Shown here in pieces: positions 10,140 through 20,221 of a stretch of DNA of 64,000 nt (within the stretch, counting starts at the first letter, position 1; each line of letters opens with the position of its first letter). The notes under the pieces were generated by a model. The model did no database searches. It saw only the letters and a program-made list of their open reading frames with translations, and was not told where the DNA came from. Both the position numbers and the translations under genes were made by a program. The stretch is from Ethanoligenens sp. (GTDB lineage: Bacteria > Bacillota > Clostridia > Oscillospirales > Ethanoligenentaceae), in NCBI GenBank assembly GCA_047722935.1, contig JBDNZS010000010.1:2108-66107 (forward strand), in the 5' to 3' direction.

Positions 10140-10997
10140 ATGCGTGTAGCCGATGGCTGGAAAGAATACACGGTATTGGACACCTCGGACGGAGAAAAGT
10201 TGGAACGTTGGGCAGACTATACCTTGATCCGTCCTGACCCACAGGTCATTTGGAACACCCCGCGCGGCGACGCATGGCGCCATGCAGACGGACATTATCA
10301 CCGTTCCAAGGCGGGTGGCGGATACTGGGAAGCCAATCTGCCTGATCAGTGGCAGATCTCGTATGGCGACCTGAAGTTCCTGCTCAAGCCGATGGGCTTC
10401 AAACACACTGGGCTGTTTCCCGAACAGGCCGTGAACTGGGAGTGGATGCGCCAAACCATTCAACATGCCGGACGGCCCATCAAGGTTCTCAACCTGTTTG
10501 CCTATACCGGCGGCGCGACAGTGGCTTGCGCTGCCGCAGGTGCGCAGGTGACCCATGTGGATGCGGCAAAAGGCATGGTCGCGTGGGCTAAAGAGAACGC
10601 CGCACTTTCCGGGTTGACAGATAAGCCAGTTCGCTATCTTGTGGATGACTGCGGCAAATTTGTCGCCCGTGAAATACGGCGCGGCAACCGGTACGATGCC
10701 ATCTTGATGGACCCGCCGTCCTACGGACGCGGCCCCGGGGGCGAAATCTGGAAACTGGAACAGACGCTTTTTGATCTACTCAAACAAACAGCAGAGCTGC
10801 TCTCGGACAACCCCCTCTTTTTCCTGCTAAACTCCTACACCACCGGCCTGTCGCCCTCGGTCATGGCGTATATGCTGGGGGTTACAGCGGCCAAAGGACG
10901 CGGCGGGCGGCTGGAAGCTGACGAAATCGGTTTGCCGGTACAGGAAAGCGGACTGGTACTCCCCTGCGGTGCGACCGCGCTTCTCTCCTTTGCATAA
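10140..10997 (+). CDS. Class I SAM-dependent methyltransferase (RlmI/RlmK-like rRNA methyltransferase core)
   Basis: SAM motif I LNLFAYTGGATVA and catalytic-region DPPSYGRG. Confidence 0.75.
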   Translation: MRVADGWKEYTVLDTSDGEKLERWADYTLIRPDPQVIWNTPRGDAWRHADGHYHRSKAGGGYWEANLPDQWQISYGDLKFLLKPMGFKHTGLFPEQAVNWEWMRQTIQHAGRPIKVLNLFAYTGGATVACAAAGAQVTHVDAAKGMVAWAKENAALSGLTDKPVRYLVDDCGKFVAREIRRGNRYDAILMDPPSYGRGPGGEIWKLEQTLFDLLKQTAELLSDNPLFFLLNSYTTGLSPSVMAYMLGVTAAKGRGGRLEADEIGLPVQESGLVLPCGATALLSFA

Positions 10998-11039
10998 CGC
11001 GACCATACACGAAAACAGCGCAAAGGCGGTGCATCCGAT

Positions 11040-11912
11040 ATGGAAAACATCATAGACGTTCAAAATATTTCTTATTCTTATCCAGTCGATGAGACACGGC
11101 GTGTGCAAGCCCTGCATAATATCAGCTTGCAAGTGCCGAGGGGCCAATTCCTTGCCATCCTTGGGCACAACGGGTCCGGAAAATCCACTTTGTCCAAACA
11201 TTTCAACGCCATTTTGCTGCCGGAGTCCGGCGAAGTGCGCGCCATGGGTATTGATACGCGGGATGAAGCACATCTGTACGATATCCGCCGACACATCGGC
11301 ATGGTATTCCAAAACCCTGACAACCAGATTGTCGCCACCATTGTGGAAGAAGATGTGGCGTTTGCATTGGAAAATATGGGCGTGCCGACAGCGGAAATCC
11401 GCCGCCGGGTGGACGAAGCGCTAAAAGCCGTCGGCATGTATGATTTTCGCAAGCGTCCGCCACACCATCTGTCCGGCGGGCAGAAGCAACGGGTCGCTAT
11501 CGCCGGTGTACTGGCGATGCAGCCGGACTGCATTGTGCTGGATGAGCCAACCGCCATGCTGGACCCGCGTGGACGACGGGAAGTACTCGCCACTTTGCAG
11601 AATTTGCACGCACAGGGTGTGACCGTAGTGCTCATCACCCACTTTATGGATGAAGCGGTGCAGACCGATCGTGTGGTCGTGATGGAGCGCGGAGACATCA
11701 TTCTCGACGGCGCGCCCAGAGAGGTCTTCAGCAACATTTCCCTGCTTCAGTCGGTCGGGCTGGATGTGCCGCAGACTGCCGAGTTGTCACATGAACTGGA
11801 AAAATGCGGCATAAAGCTGCCTCGGGGGCTTCTTACCGTCAACGAACTTGCCGACGCGCTCGCCGGCTTGCTGGAGGGATCGCATTGCCCATCATCCAAA
11901 TCGAACATGTAA
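11040..11912 (+). CDS. ecfA1: Energy-coupling factor transporter ATPase EcfA1
   Basis: Walker A GHNGSGKST, signature LSGGQKQRV, Walker B IVLDEPT. First gene of the ecfA-ecfA-ecfT-truA cluster. Confidence 0.9.
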   Translation: MENIIDVQNISYSYPVDETRRVQALHNISLQVPRGQFLAILGHNGSGKSTLSKHFNAILLPESGEVRAMGIDTRDEAHLYDIRRHIGMVFQNPDNQIVATIVEEDVAFALENMGVPTAEIRRRVDEALKAVGMYDFRKRPPHHLSGGQKQRVAIAGVLAMQPDCIVLDEPTAMLDPRGRREVLATLQNLHAQGVTVVLITHFMDEAVQTDRVVVMERGDIILDGAPREVFSNISLLQSVGLDVPQTAELSHELEKCGIKLPRGLLTVNELADALAGLLEGSHCPSSKSNM

Positions 11913-12745
11913 CCTACAAATACGGCACCGGTACCCCATTTGAACAGACCGCCCTGGACGATGTTACCCTTTGCATGGAAAAAGGGGAATTCATCGGCGT
12001 AATCGGGCACACCGGTTCCGGCAAATCGACGCTGCTCCAGCACCTTAACGGTCTGCTCAAACCCACCAGCGGCCGTGTACTCATTGACGGGCAGGATATC
12101 TGGGATAAAAATTCCAACAAACGCGCTTTACGCTTTAAAGTTGGTTTGGTGTTCCAATATCCGGAATATCAGCTGTTTGAAGAGACCGTTTACAAAGACA
12201 TTGCATTCGGCCCCCGCAACATGGGGCTGGATGAAGCGGAAATTGATGCACGCGTTCGGGAAGCGGCATCCTTTGTCGGCGTGGAACCCGGATGGCTGGA
12301 ACAATCCCCCTTTGCCCTTTCCGGCGGACAAAAACGCCGCGTTGCCATCGCCGGTGTGCTGGCCATGCGCCCCAGTGTGCTAATTTTGGACGAACCTGCC
12401 GCCGGTCTGGACCCACGCGGTCGTGAATCCATCTTGGAACGCATTCGCGATTACCAGCGCAAACAGGGCAACACAGTGTTGCTTGTTTCCCACAGTATGG
12501 AAGACATCGCCCGGCTGGCCACCCGCGTGCTGGTGATGGATAAAGGCAAAGCCATCCTGTATGATACTGTCCCCGCCACCTTCGCCCGTTCGCGCGAACT
12601 CTTGGAAATGGGACTGGACGTACCACAGATCACCCGCGTATTCCTGCGCCTGAAAGAGCTGGGGTATCCGGTACGGGATACCGTCTATACGGTAGAACAG
12701 GGCAAGACAGAAATCCTGCGGGTACTTAAGGAGGCGCGTAGATGA
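11885..12745 (+). CDS. ecfA2: Energy-coupling factor transporter ATPase EcfA2
   Basis: Walker A GHTGSGKST and signature LSGGQKRRV. A TTG start at 11885 gives (M)PIIQIEHVTYKY. The longer ORF-track start at 11804 would overlap ecfA1 by more than 100 nt. Confidence 0.88.
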   Translation: MPIIQIEHVTYKYGTGTPFEQTALDDVTLCMEKGEFIGVIGHTGSGKSTLLQHLNGLLKPTSGRVLIDGQDIWDKNSNKRALRFKVGLVFQYPEYQLFEETVYKDIAFGPRNMGLDEAEIDARVREAASFVGVEPGWLEQSPFALSGGQKRRVAIAGVLAMRPSVLILDEPAAGLDPRGRESILERIRDYQRKQGNTVLLVSHSMEDIARLATRVLVMDKGKAILYDTVPATFARSRELLEMGLDVPQITRVFLRLKELGYPVRDTVYTVEQGKTEILRVLKEARR

Positions 12746-13554
12746 TACGGGACATCACCATTGGGCAGTATTTTCCCGGCGAATCGGTCGTGCACCGAAT
12801 GGACCCGCGCATGAAAATCCTGCTGTCGTTATTCTATATGGCCACGCTGTTCACGGCGCAGAGCGCTGTCGGGTTGGCAATCGCCGCCGTGTTTATCCTG
12901 GTGGTCACAGCACTGGCACATATTCCACTTAAAATGCTGCTCAACGGTATCAAGCCGCTTGTAATTGTTATCCTGATTGCCGGGGTTGTCAACATGTTTT
13001 ATGTGCCGGGTCATGCCTTGGCGCATATTTGGATTTTCACCCTCACGCGTGAGGGCATTGCTACGGCTGCCTTTATGTCTGCCCGGGTTATTTTTCTCAT
13101 CATCGGTGCATCCATGCTGACTTACACCACGTCACCCATTCTGCTGACCGACGGTTTGGAGGTCATGCTGGCCCCGCTTGCCAAAATCAAGCTGCCGGTG
13201 CATGAACTATCCATGATGATGACCATTGCCCTGCGGTTTATTCCCACCCTGACTGAAGAAACAGAAAAAATCATGCAGGCCCAAAAGGCACGCGGTGCGG
13301 ATTTTGAAAGCGGGAATCTGCTGCGGCGTGTTAAGGCACTGCTGCCTATTCTCATTCCGCTGTTCGTGTCGGCGTTCCGGCGGGCAGACGAGTTGGCGCT
13401 GGCGATGGACTGCCGCTGTTATCAAGGCGGTCAGGGCCGCACCCGCCTGCATATTCTGCGCTTTACCGGGAGGGATTACGCAGCGGCGGTCGTCACCACT
13501 CTGCTGTTCGGCTGTGTACTGTATCTGAACTTTATCCTGCCGCATATCATTTGA
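12742..13554 (+). CDS. ecfT: Energy-coupling factor transporter transmembrane protein EcfT
   Basis: 270-aa membrane protein with a CbiQ/EcfT-like ARG..F loop (QKARGADFESG). There is a 4-nt overlap with ecfA2. Confidence 0.9.
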   Translation: MIRDITIGQYFPGESVVHRMDPRMKILLSLFYMATLFTAQSAVGLAIAAVFILVVTALAHIPLKMLLNGIKPLVIVILIAGVVNMFYVPGHALAHIWIFTLTREGIATAAFMSARVIFLIIGASMLTYTTSPILLTDGLEVMLAPLAKIKLPVHELSMMMTIALRFIPTLTEETEKIMQAQKARGADFESGNLLRRVKALLPILIPLFVSAFRRADELALAMDCRCYQGGQGRTRLHILRFTGRDYAAAVVTTLLFGCVLYLNFILPHII

Positions 13555-13591
13555 CCGATTCCGGCAACATTTGAAAAAAGGAGGGCGGGCG

Positions 13592-14338
13592 ATGCGCAAT
13601 CTGCTGTTATACTTGCGTTTTGACGGCACGGCCTACCACGGCTGGCAAGTACAGAAAAACAGTGTGACCGTGCAGCAGACCTTGCAGGATGCATTGGAAA
13701 CCATCCTGCGTCAGCGGCCTCCGGTGACCGGTTGCAGCCGCACCGACGCAGGGGTGCACGCCCGCTCTTATGCCTGCAATTTTCACACGGAACATACCAT
13801 TCCCTCTGAGAATCTTGTCCGTGCACTCAATGCCTGTCTGCCGGGTGATATCGCGGTTCTGTCTTGCAGGGAAGTCCCCTCCTCTTTCCATGCGCGTTAC
13901 AGTGCGCTTGAAAAAGAGTATCTGTATCAAATCTGGAACGCACCGGTACGTGATCCGTTTCAGCGCGGGCGGATGCTGCATGTCCCCTGCCCGCTTGATG
14001 ATGCCGCCATGGATAAAGCTGCTCGTTATTTTCTTGGTCGGCATGATTTTGCATCGTTCCGTGCGGCGGGCAGTTCTGTGACCGACACCGTGCGCACTAT
14101 CTCCTGCTCGCAGGTACGGCGGGAAAAAGAACAAGTGTTTTTTCGTGTGCGCGGCAATGGATTTCTGTACAACATGGTGCGTATTATGGTTGGAACATTG
14201 CTATATACCGCACAAGGCAAACTCCAGCCCGTGGATATTCCTGCTGTGATCGATTCGCTTGACCGCGCTGCGGCAGGACCGACTGCGCCGGCCCACGGGC
14301 TTTACCTCAACCGTATACTGTACGATGAAGCAACATGA
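13592..14338 (+). CDS. truA: tRNA pseudouridine(38-40) synthase TruA
   Basis: Starts MRNLLLYLRFDGTAYHGWQ, with the catalytic RTDAGVHA. An AGGAGG-like RBS lies upstream of the ATG at 13592. Confidence 0.95.
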   Translation: MRNLLLYLRFDGTAYHGWQVQKNSVTVQQTLQDALETILRQRPPVTGCSRTDAGVHARSYACNFHTEHTIPSENLVRALNACLPGDIAVLSCREVPSSFHARYSALEKEYLYQIWNAPVRDPFQRGRMLHVPCPLDDAAMDKAARYFLGRHDFASFRAAGSSVTDTVRTISCSQVRREKEQVFFRVRGNGFLYNMVRIMVGTLLYTAQGKLQPVDIPAVIDSLDRAAAGPTAPAHGLYLNRILYDEAT

Positions 14339-14430
14339 CCGACAGCATAAATAGCGCGAGCCCACTGCAATATGGTATACTATAGATACGGGTGCGACAT
14401 GACGCCGGCGCCAAAACGGGAGGACAGGAC

Positions 14431-15642
14431 GTGAAAACTACTGACGACAAATATGAAAACACGGTAACCGACCGGTTGGTTTTCTATAAAGACCTGCGTG
14501 AGGCGCGCCGCCGCCATATTACACGGCGGCGGCGGCGGGTTCTCTTGTTTCTGGTCGCGCTGATTCTCGCGTTGTTGATTTATGTCAACTGGGATAATAT
14601 TTTCCCAGCGGAAGCAACCGAGGCCATTCAAAATTTCTTCACCAGTTCTTCTTCCAACCGTTTTCCCGTCAGCCTGCCCAGCGGCGATTTCAAAGGCGCT
14701 GCCGCTATGGGTAACAACCTTGGTGTCTTGACCGACACAGCTTTCTTCCTGTATTCCAGTGCTGGAACGCAGCTCGCCTGGCGTCAGCACGGTATGAATA
14801 ACCCGCAAATTTCCGCTTCCGGTGGACGGTCACTGCTCTATGACCGGGGCGGAAAACAATTTCGGGTAGAACGGCGCTTTGACGAGCCTGTCTCTGCAAA
14901 TGCTTCCAATCCCATCGTTTCGGGCAGCATGGGGGCAACCGGGAATTTTGCTCTTGTGAGTGAGTCCAGTGCGTATCTGGGCGAGCTGACGGTCTATGAT
15001 GCACAAGGAAAATCCATTTTTCATTGGTACGATACAGCAGGTCGCATCCTGTGTGCGGCGCTCAGCCCCGACGGCTCATCGGTTGCCGCTATTGAGATTG
15101 GCGCCCAGAATGGCGGCATTTCCTCCACTGTAGATGTGTTTCGTCTGGGAAGCACAAAGCCGGTGAGTAAAAAGCGTGTGGACGGTACGTTGCTGTTTTC
15201 TATACAGTATAACAGCAACGGGCGTATCACCGCGGTAGGCGATAACCAGACCCTGTACTTAGACGGCAGCGGTAAACAGACTGGAAGTTATGCCTATGGA
15301 ACCAGGCAACTTTCTTGTTATAGTAACAGCGGTGGTTCCACAGTGCTGGTTTTCAATCATTATGAAAATGAAACCGCCGCTTCTCTTCTGGTGCCTCTAA
15401 TCGCGGGTGATCAGGTTCTCTCTGCCAAACCCGTCAGCATTACGGATAACATTGACTCGGTTTACGCAGGTCAATCCGGCATTGTTGCACTTTCTTCCAA
15501 CCTTATCTGGATGGGAGACGCTAATGGCAAGCCAATCTCTGTGACAAATGCCGCCGGTGATAAATTGGCCGCTGTGATGCAGAAAAACAATGATTTTATT
15601 TTTGGACTGCAAAACATTTACCATTATCCGGTTAAAAAATGA
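14431..15642 (+). CDS. Membrane-anchored hypothetical protein (DUF5711-like): Arg-rich tail, one TM helix, beta-rich ectodomain
   Basis: Contains ARRRHITRRRRRVLLFLVALILALLIYV followed by a repetitive Gly/Ser/Tyr-rich region of about 330 aa. I chose the GTG start at 14431 because it follows GGGAGGA. The family assignment is from memory only. Confidence 0.65.
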   Translation: MKTTDDKYENTVTDRLVFYKDLREARRRHITRRRRRVLLFLVALILALLIYVNWDNIFPAEATEAIQNFFTSSSSNRFPVSLPSGDFKGAAAMGNNLGVLTDTAFFLYSSAGTQLAWRQHGMNNPQISASGGRSLLYDRGGKQFRVERRFDEPVSANASNPIVSGSMGATGNFALVSESSAYLGELTVYDAQGKSIFHWYDTAGRILCAALSPDGSSVAAIEIGAQNGGISSTVDVFRLGSTKPVSKKRVDGTLLFSIQYNSNGRITAVGDNQTLYLDGSGKQTGSYAYGTRQLSCYSNSGGSTVLVFNHYENETAASLLVPLIAGDQVLSAKPVSITDNIDSVYAGQSGIVALSSNLIWMGDANGKPISVTNAAGDKLAAVMQKNNDFIFGLQNIYHYPVKK

Positions 15643-15673
15643 CTTGTATCATCCCGCTGCGAAAGGATTTTTT

Positions 15674-16336
15674 ATGAGCGTTCTGCTGGACGTGCTCACT
15701 GTGTTGATTATCTTAGCAACCATTTGGCTATCCTACAGGAGGGGCTTTCTGTACACAGTCATTGGGCTTGTTGGGTATGTATTGGCTGTTTTCGCTGCCA
15801 TAGCGCTCAGCGTGCCTCTCGGTTCCTGGATTTACACCCATCTGTTGCAAAATATTATGCTTGCACATGTGAAAAATTATCTTGCCGGACATACGCTGTC
15901 TTCTTTAACAGAACAATTCGGCCAGTCCATCCAGCAATTCGCCCCGGGGCTGAATCTGAACAGCTTGTTTCAGCAGAGAACCGGGCAACTGGAAAACGCG
16001 GCCATGCAAGCCGTAATACAGCCGATAGGCATGTCCATCGGGCGCGGGATTGCATTTATCATCCTGTTCTTTTTGTTCATAACGGCCGTGCATATTTTTG
16101 AGAACTTATCTTTAGGAATTTCCCGCGTACCCGTCCTCGGCGCACTTAACCGGATCGGAGGCGCTGTCCTTGGCATCGTGAAGGCATTCTTGATGCTATT
16201 CGTGATCTGCACCCTGATTTCCGCACTGTTACCCATACTGAATGTCTCCAATTTTCCCATTACAACTGCTGTGATCGATCAAACCTCCGTTTTTAAATAT
16301 TTCTATCAGTCAAATCCCTTTGCAAAAATATTGTGA
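15674..16336 (+). CDS. CvpA family membrane protein
   Basis: Starts MSVLLDVLTVLIILATIWLSYRRGF, a typical CvpA N-terminus, with four predicted TM helices. Confidence 0.8.
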   Translation: MSVLLDVLTVLIILATIWLSYRRGFLYTVIGLVGYVLAVFAAIALSVPLGSWIYTHLLQNIMLAHVKNYLAGHTLSSLTEQFGQSIQQFAPGLNLNSLFQQRTGQLENAAMQAVIQPIGMSIGRGIAFIILFFLFITAVHIFENLSLGISRVPVLGALNRIGGAVLGIVKAFLMLFVICTLISALLPILNVSNFPITTAVIDQTSVFKYFYQSNPFAKIL

Positions 16337-16385
16337 AAACGATAAGAGTGTGATATGATAGGTTAAATTCAACGCTACACAGCGG

Positions 16386-16423
16386 CGCCCGCGTCCTTTT
16401 CGGTGATGAAAACGGCGCGGGCG
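16386..16423 (+). terminator. Hairpin after the cvpA-like gene (possible terminator, no clear U-tract)
   Basis: cgcccgcg / cgcgggcg forms the outer stem, with an imperfect inner stem ccttttc / gaaaacgg. Confidence 0.35.
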
Positions 16424-16461
16424 AAATCATATGGAGCGTATAAGGGGCGGAGGTGTCAAAA

Positions 16462-17028
16462 ATGACAAAACACGGGTCGTTTAAAACGTTTGGAATTCCC
16501 AATTGGCTTTCTGTATTGCGCCTTGCGCTCATTCCCGTTTTCATTGTGGTCTTTTTTTCTCCACATGTGCATGGCGGCCTTATTGCTGCTGCAATTCTGG
16601 GCATTTCCGGCTTGACGGATGTCTTGGACGGCATCATCGCCCGCCATTTCCACATGACGACAGATCTGGGGAAAATCCTTGATCCGTTTGCCGATAAACT
16701 AACGCAGGCGACCGTTTGTGTCTGTCTGGTAGTGGGCCAGGTGGCACCGTGGTGGTTGTTTGTCATTTTTGTAGCCGAAGCACTGATGATTATTGCCGGC
16801 GCCCGGATGCTGCATACGGGCAAAACGCTTTCCGGCGCAAAATGGTTCGGCAAACTTGGTACGGTCGTGTTTTATGTGGTGATGGTTTCCATCATCGTTT
16901 TCCGACCGAACCGTGGCATTACCGATATTTTAATCGGTATCAGCCTTTTATTCATGCTTTTTTCATTTATTATGTATATACCTGTATTTGTAAAGCTTGC
17001 ATCAAAGAAAAGTCGCAACAATGACTGA
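16462..17028 (+). CDS. pgsA: CDP-alcohol phosphatidyltransferase (PgsA-like)
   Basis: Motif DGIIARHFHMTTDLGKILDPFADK matches D-G-x2-A-R...G-x3-D-x3-D. An ATG at 16462 follows GGAGG. Confidence 0.85.
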   Translation: MTKHGSFKTFGIPNWLSVLRLALIPVFIVVFFSPHVHGGLIAAAILGISGLTDVLDGIIARHFHMTTDLGKILDPFADKLTQATVCVCLVVGQVAPWWLFVIFVAEALMIIAGARMLHTGKTLSGAKWFGKLGTVVFYVVMVSIIVFRPNRGITDILIGISLLFMLFSFIMYIPVFVKLASKKSRNND

Positions 17029-17100
17029 TCTGCAATCCTATCCGCATAGCACAGTCGATCTCAGGCAAATACTTCCCCGTGGGGTTAAAAGGAGAAAATT

Positions 17101-19365
17101 ATGTATTGTTCTCGTTGCAAAAAACGTATCGCCGTCGTATTCATCACCCGCGTGGAAAATGGCAAGACCATCAATGACGGTCTTTGTATTCAGTGCGCGC
17201 GCGAACTAGGTATTAAACCTGTTAATGATTTGGTGGAAAAAATGGGTGTATCGGATGAAGATCTTGAAAACATGGGCAGTGAGCTGGAAAATCTGATTGC
17301 TGGCAGCGCCACTGACGGAGAAGCCGCCAGCGGTTCCCCGTCCTCCCCTTTTCCATTTTTAGAGAATCTGTTTCAAGGAACCAATCAAGGAAATAACGGT
17401 TCCGGTAATGAAAAGACACGGGAGCCCAAGGTACATGAAAACAAAGCCGTTAAGCACAAATATCTGGATAGCTATTGCATCAACTTGACTGGTAAAGCCG
17501 AAGACGGGAAAATTGACCGCATCGTAGGCCGCGAACGCGAAATCTATCGGGTGGAGCAGATTTTATGCAGACGCACTAAAAACAATCCTTGCCTCATCGG
17601 TGAACCAGGCGTTGGTAAAACCGCCATTGCAGAAGGACTGGCGCTGAAAATTGCGTCCGGTGATATTCCGCCAAGGCTGGCAGATCGCGAGCTCTATCTG
17701 CTGGATTTGACAGCTCTTGTGGCCGGTACACAATTTCGTGGGCAATTTGAAGGGCGTATCAAAGGCTTGATTGACGAAGTCAAAAAGGCCGGTAACATTA
17801 TCCTTTTTATTGATGAAGTGCACAATTTGGTAGGTACGGGGGATGCTGAAGGTTCCATGAACGCCGCAAACATTCTCAAACCTGCTCTGTCTCGTGGGGA
17901 AATCCAGGTCATCGGAGCGACGACCTTCGATGAATATCGGAAATACATCGAAAAGGACGCGGCACTTGAACGCAGGTTCCAACCTGTGAAGGTATTAGAA
18001 CCATCCTTGGAAGAAACACTGGAAGTGCTTAAAGGCATTCGGGACTACTACGAACGCTTCCATGGTGTGCGTATCCCGGAAGAAATTTTAGAGCGTATCG
18101 TCACATTCTCGGAACGGTATATTACCGACCGATTCCTTCCGGATAAAGCCATCGACCTTCTGGATGAATCTTGCTCATGCTCGGCTCTGCGCAACAAAGC
18201 CGCATCCGAATTGTCGGGCGTCGAACGTGAATTAACTACGCTTAAAGCACAAGAAGAACAGCTCATGCAAACCGAAGGCCAGGATATCTACAAACAACTG
18301 GCTGACGTAAAGAGCGAGGAATGCCGCTTGTTGGCAAAAGCACAGGGCCTGCGTGATGCCGCTGGTGATGTTGCCGTAACAGAAGATGACCTTGCCTATG
18401 TTATTGAGCTTTGGACCGGCATTCCAGCCTCCCGTATACGGGAACAGGAACTTAAACGTTTATCTACCTTAGAGGACACCCTCAAAGAGAAGATCATCGG
18501 TCAAGATGAAGCAGTAAAAGCTGTTTCTCTTGCAATTCGTCGCAGCCGTGTACAAATCAGCCCGCGCCGCCGCCCGGCTTCCTTCATTTTCGTTGGCCCG
18601 ACTGGTGTTGGCAAGACCGAACTGGTCAAAGTACTCGCCGCCGAATTGTTTGATCAGCCTGATTCCCTGATTCGACTGGACATGTCGGAATTTATGGAAA
18701 AGCATTCGGTTTCCCGCATTATCGGCGCACCTCCGGGATATGTCGGATATGACGAGGCCGGACAACTTACTGAAAAAGTACGCCGCAAACCCTATTCAGT
18801 CATTTTGATGGATGAAATTGAAAAGGCACATCCTGATGTATTGAATATTTTGCTGCAGATTTTGGACGACGGCCATGTGACCGACTCACATGGCCGCAAG
18901 GTCAATTTTGAAAACACTGTCATCGTAATGACTTCAAATGCCGGTTCAGACAAGAAAACCAATTCGCTTGGTTTTAATCGAGAACCAAATGTTGTTGCAA
19001 AAGAACGCGCACACAAGGCACTGGCCGATTTCCTACGTCCTGAATTTTTAAGCCGCATTGACGAAATTGTGGTCTTCCGCCCGCTTACAGAAGATGATTT
19101 CAGCCTTATCACAGGATTGATGCTGAATGAGCTCAAAACATCACTCGCACAAAAAAGCATGGATCTGCTCTGGGACGATGCCTTGATTGCCGCGCTGGTC
19201 AAAAAATCAATCGGCGGCAAATTTGGTGCTCGTGATTTGCGACGTAATGTGCGCCGCGAGGTGGAGGATAAAATTGCTGAGTTGTTGGTGACATTCTGTG
19301 ATCGGCAGATTAAAACATTCAATTTTTCTGCTGAGGGCGATACCATCACAGCCACAGCTATTTAA
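17101..19365 (+). CDS. Class III AAA+ Clp ATPase (ClpC-like, two nucleotide-binding domains) with a non-canonical Zn-ribbon-like N-terminus
   Basis: Walker A motifs GEPGVGKT and GPTGVGKT, with a ClpP-docking-type loop SLGFN. The N-terminus MYCSRCKK...LCIQCAREL replaces the Clp_N repeats. Confidence 0.9.
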   Translation: MYCSRCKKRIAVVFITRVENGKTINDGLCIQCARELGIKPVNDLVEKMGVSDEDLENMGSELENLIAGSATDGEAASGSPSSPFPFLENLFQGTNQGNNGSGNEKTREPKVHENKAVKHKYLDSYCINLTGKAEDGKIDRIVGREREIYRVEQILCRRTKNNPCLIGEPGVGKTAIAEGLALKIASGDIPPRLADRELYLLDLTALVAGTQFRGQFEGRIKGLIDEVKKAGNIILFIDEVHNLVGTGDAEGSMNAANILKPALSRGEIQVIGATTFDEYRKYIEKDAALERRFQPVKVLEPSLEETLEVLKGIRDYYERFHGVRIPEEILERIVTFSERYITDRFLPDKAIDLLDESCSCSALRNKAASELSGVERELTTLKAQEEQLMQTEGQDIYKQLADVKSEECRLLAKAQGLRDAAGDVAVTEDDLAYVIELWTGIPASRIREQELKRLSTLEDTLKEKIIGQDEAVKAVSLAIRRSRVQISPRRRPASFIFVGPTGVGKTELVKVLAAELFDQPDSLIRLDMSEFMEKHSVSRIIGAPPGYVGYDEAGQLTEKVRRKPYSVILMDEIEKAHPDVLNILLQILDDGHVTDSHGRKVNFENTVIVMTSNAGSDKKTNSLGFNREPNVVAKERAHKALADFLRPEFLSRIDEIVVFRPLTEDDFSLITGLMLNELKTSLAQKSMDLLWDDALIAALVKKSIGGKFGARDLRRNVRREVEDKIAELLVTFCDRQIKTFNFSAEGDTITATAI

Positions 19366-19662
19366 TTGGTATTAAAAAGGGTCTGGCGGAGCAAACTGAG
19401 AATTTTGAGGCGATAAGCAGTCAGCATTTCCTCCAGTTCTTCCCGCAGGCTGGCTGCACTTTGAAATACCGATCCTCCAAAGTACAAGGTCGATACTGTC
19501 CTGCTCGGATTTAGGAAGCTGCTCCTGCACGTTGCACTTTTTATGTGACTGACAGCGCTGGATGATGGCATATTTCCCAAATGTGTCGGTCACGGCCTTG
19601 AGCAACACCTTTTCCCCGTCCAAAACAAACAAATGCGGCCTGTCGGGCGTTAACTTCCGGTT
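19362..19662 (-). mobile_element. IS256-family (mutator-type) transposase remnant: internal fragment, frameshifted, truncated at both ends
   Basis: One frame reads LTPDRPHLFVLDGEKVLLKAVTDTFGKYAIIQRCQSHKKCNV, which contains the QRCxxHKxxN hallmark. A second frame continues with AASLREELEEMLTAYRLKI...NTN. No intact ORF or terminal inverted repeats are visible. Confidence 0.6.
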
Positions 19663-19690
19663 TCACAGATCGGCCATCAGTTCCCTATTG

Positions 19691-19739
19691 AGTGACAGCT
19701 CTGGGTATAGTCTACTAGACTATACCCAGAGCTGTCACT
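19691..19739. repeat. 49-bp perfect palindrome (24-bp arms, 1-nt centre)
   Basis: agtgacagctctgggtatagtcta c tagactatacccagagctgtcact, followed on the + strand by TTTAATTT. It lies between the transposase remnant and the XRE gene. Confidence 0.9.
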
Positions 19740-19788
19740 TTTAATTTCCACAGTGTTTGGGACAACGTCATTGGAGGAGAGGACCTAC

Positions 19789-20210
19789 ATGGCGGTGGGG
19801 GATAGAATCAAAAGGATGCGTAATTTCCGCAGGTTGACGCAGAAAGAGATTGGTTTTGCCATTAGTTTTGATGGAAAATCAACGGACGTTCGTATCGCGC
19901 AGTATGAAGCTGACACGCGAACACCGAAGGAAGATATTCTTCGAAAAATTGCGGATGCGCTGGATGTAAATTATAGGGTGCCTATGATCCCACGCTTTAC
20001 GCCGCCGAAGATATGATGTACACACTCTTTGAACTTGATAAGCATTATCAGCACATGCAGATTTACGATGTAACTGACACTCCTATTCAAGTTACACCGA
20101 GGCGCATGTGGAAAATAAACTGGCTACAGACAACAGGCGACTGCGGAAGATTTGAGTCCCCCAAAAATGGAGGTAGGCATAACTGCAGGAAAACCTGTGA
20201 CCATAGCTAA
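19789..20210 (+). pseudogene. XRE-family HTH regulator, apparently frameshifted
   Basis: The HTH part MAVGDRIKRMRNFRRLTQKEIGF...DVRIAQYEADTRTPKEDILRKIADALDV runs into a stop at 20014-20016. The expected continuation (AYDPTLYAAEDMMYTLFELDKHY) is in another frame that is open from 19977. Confidence 0.5.
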
Positions 20211-20221
20211 TGTGCCTATGG

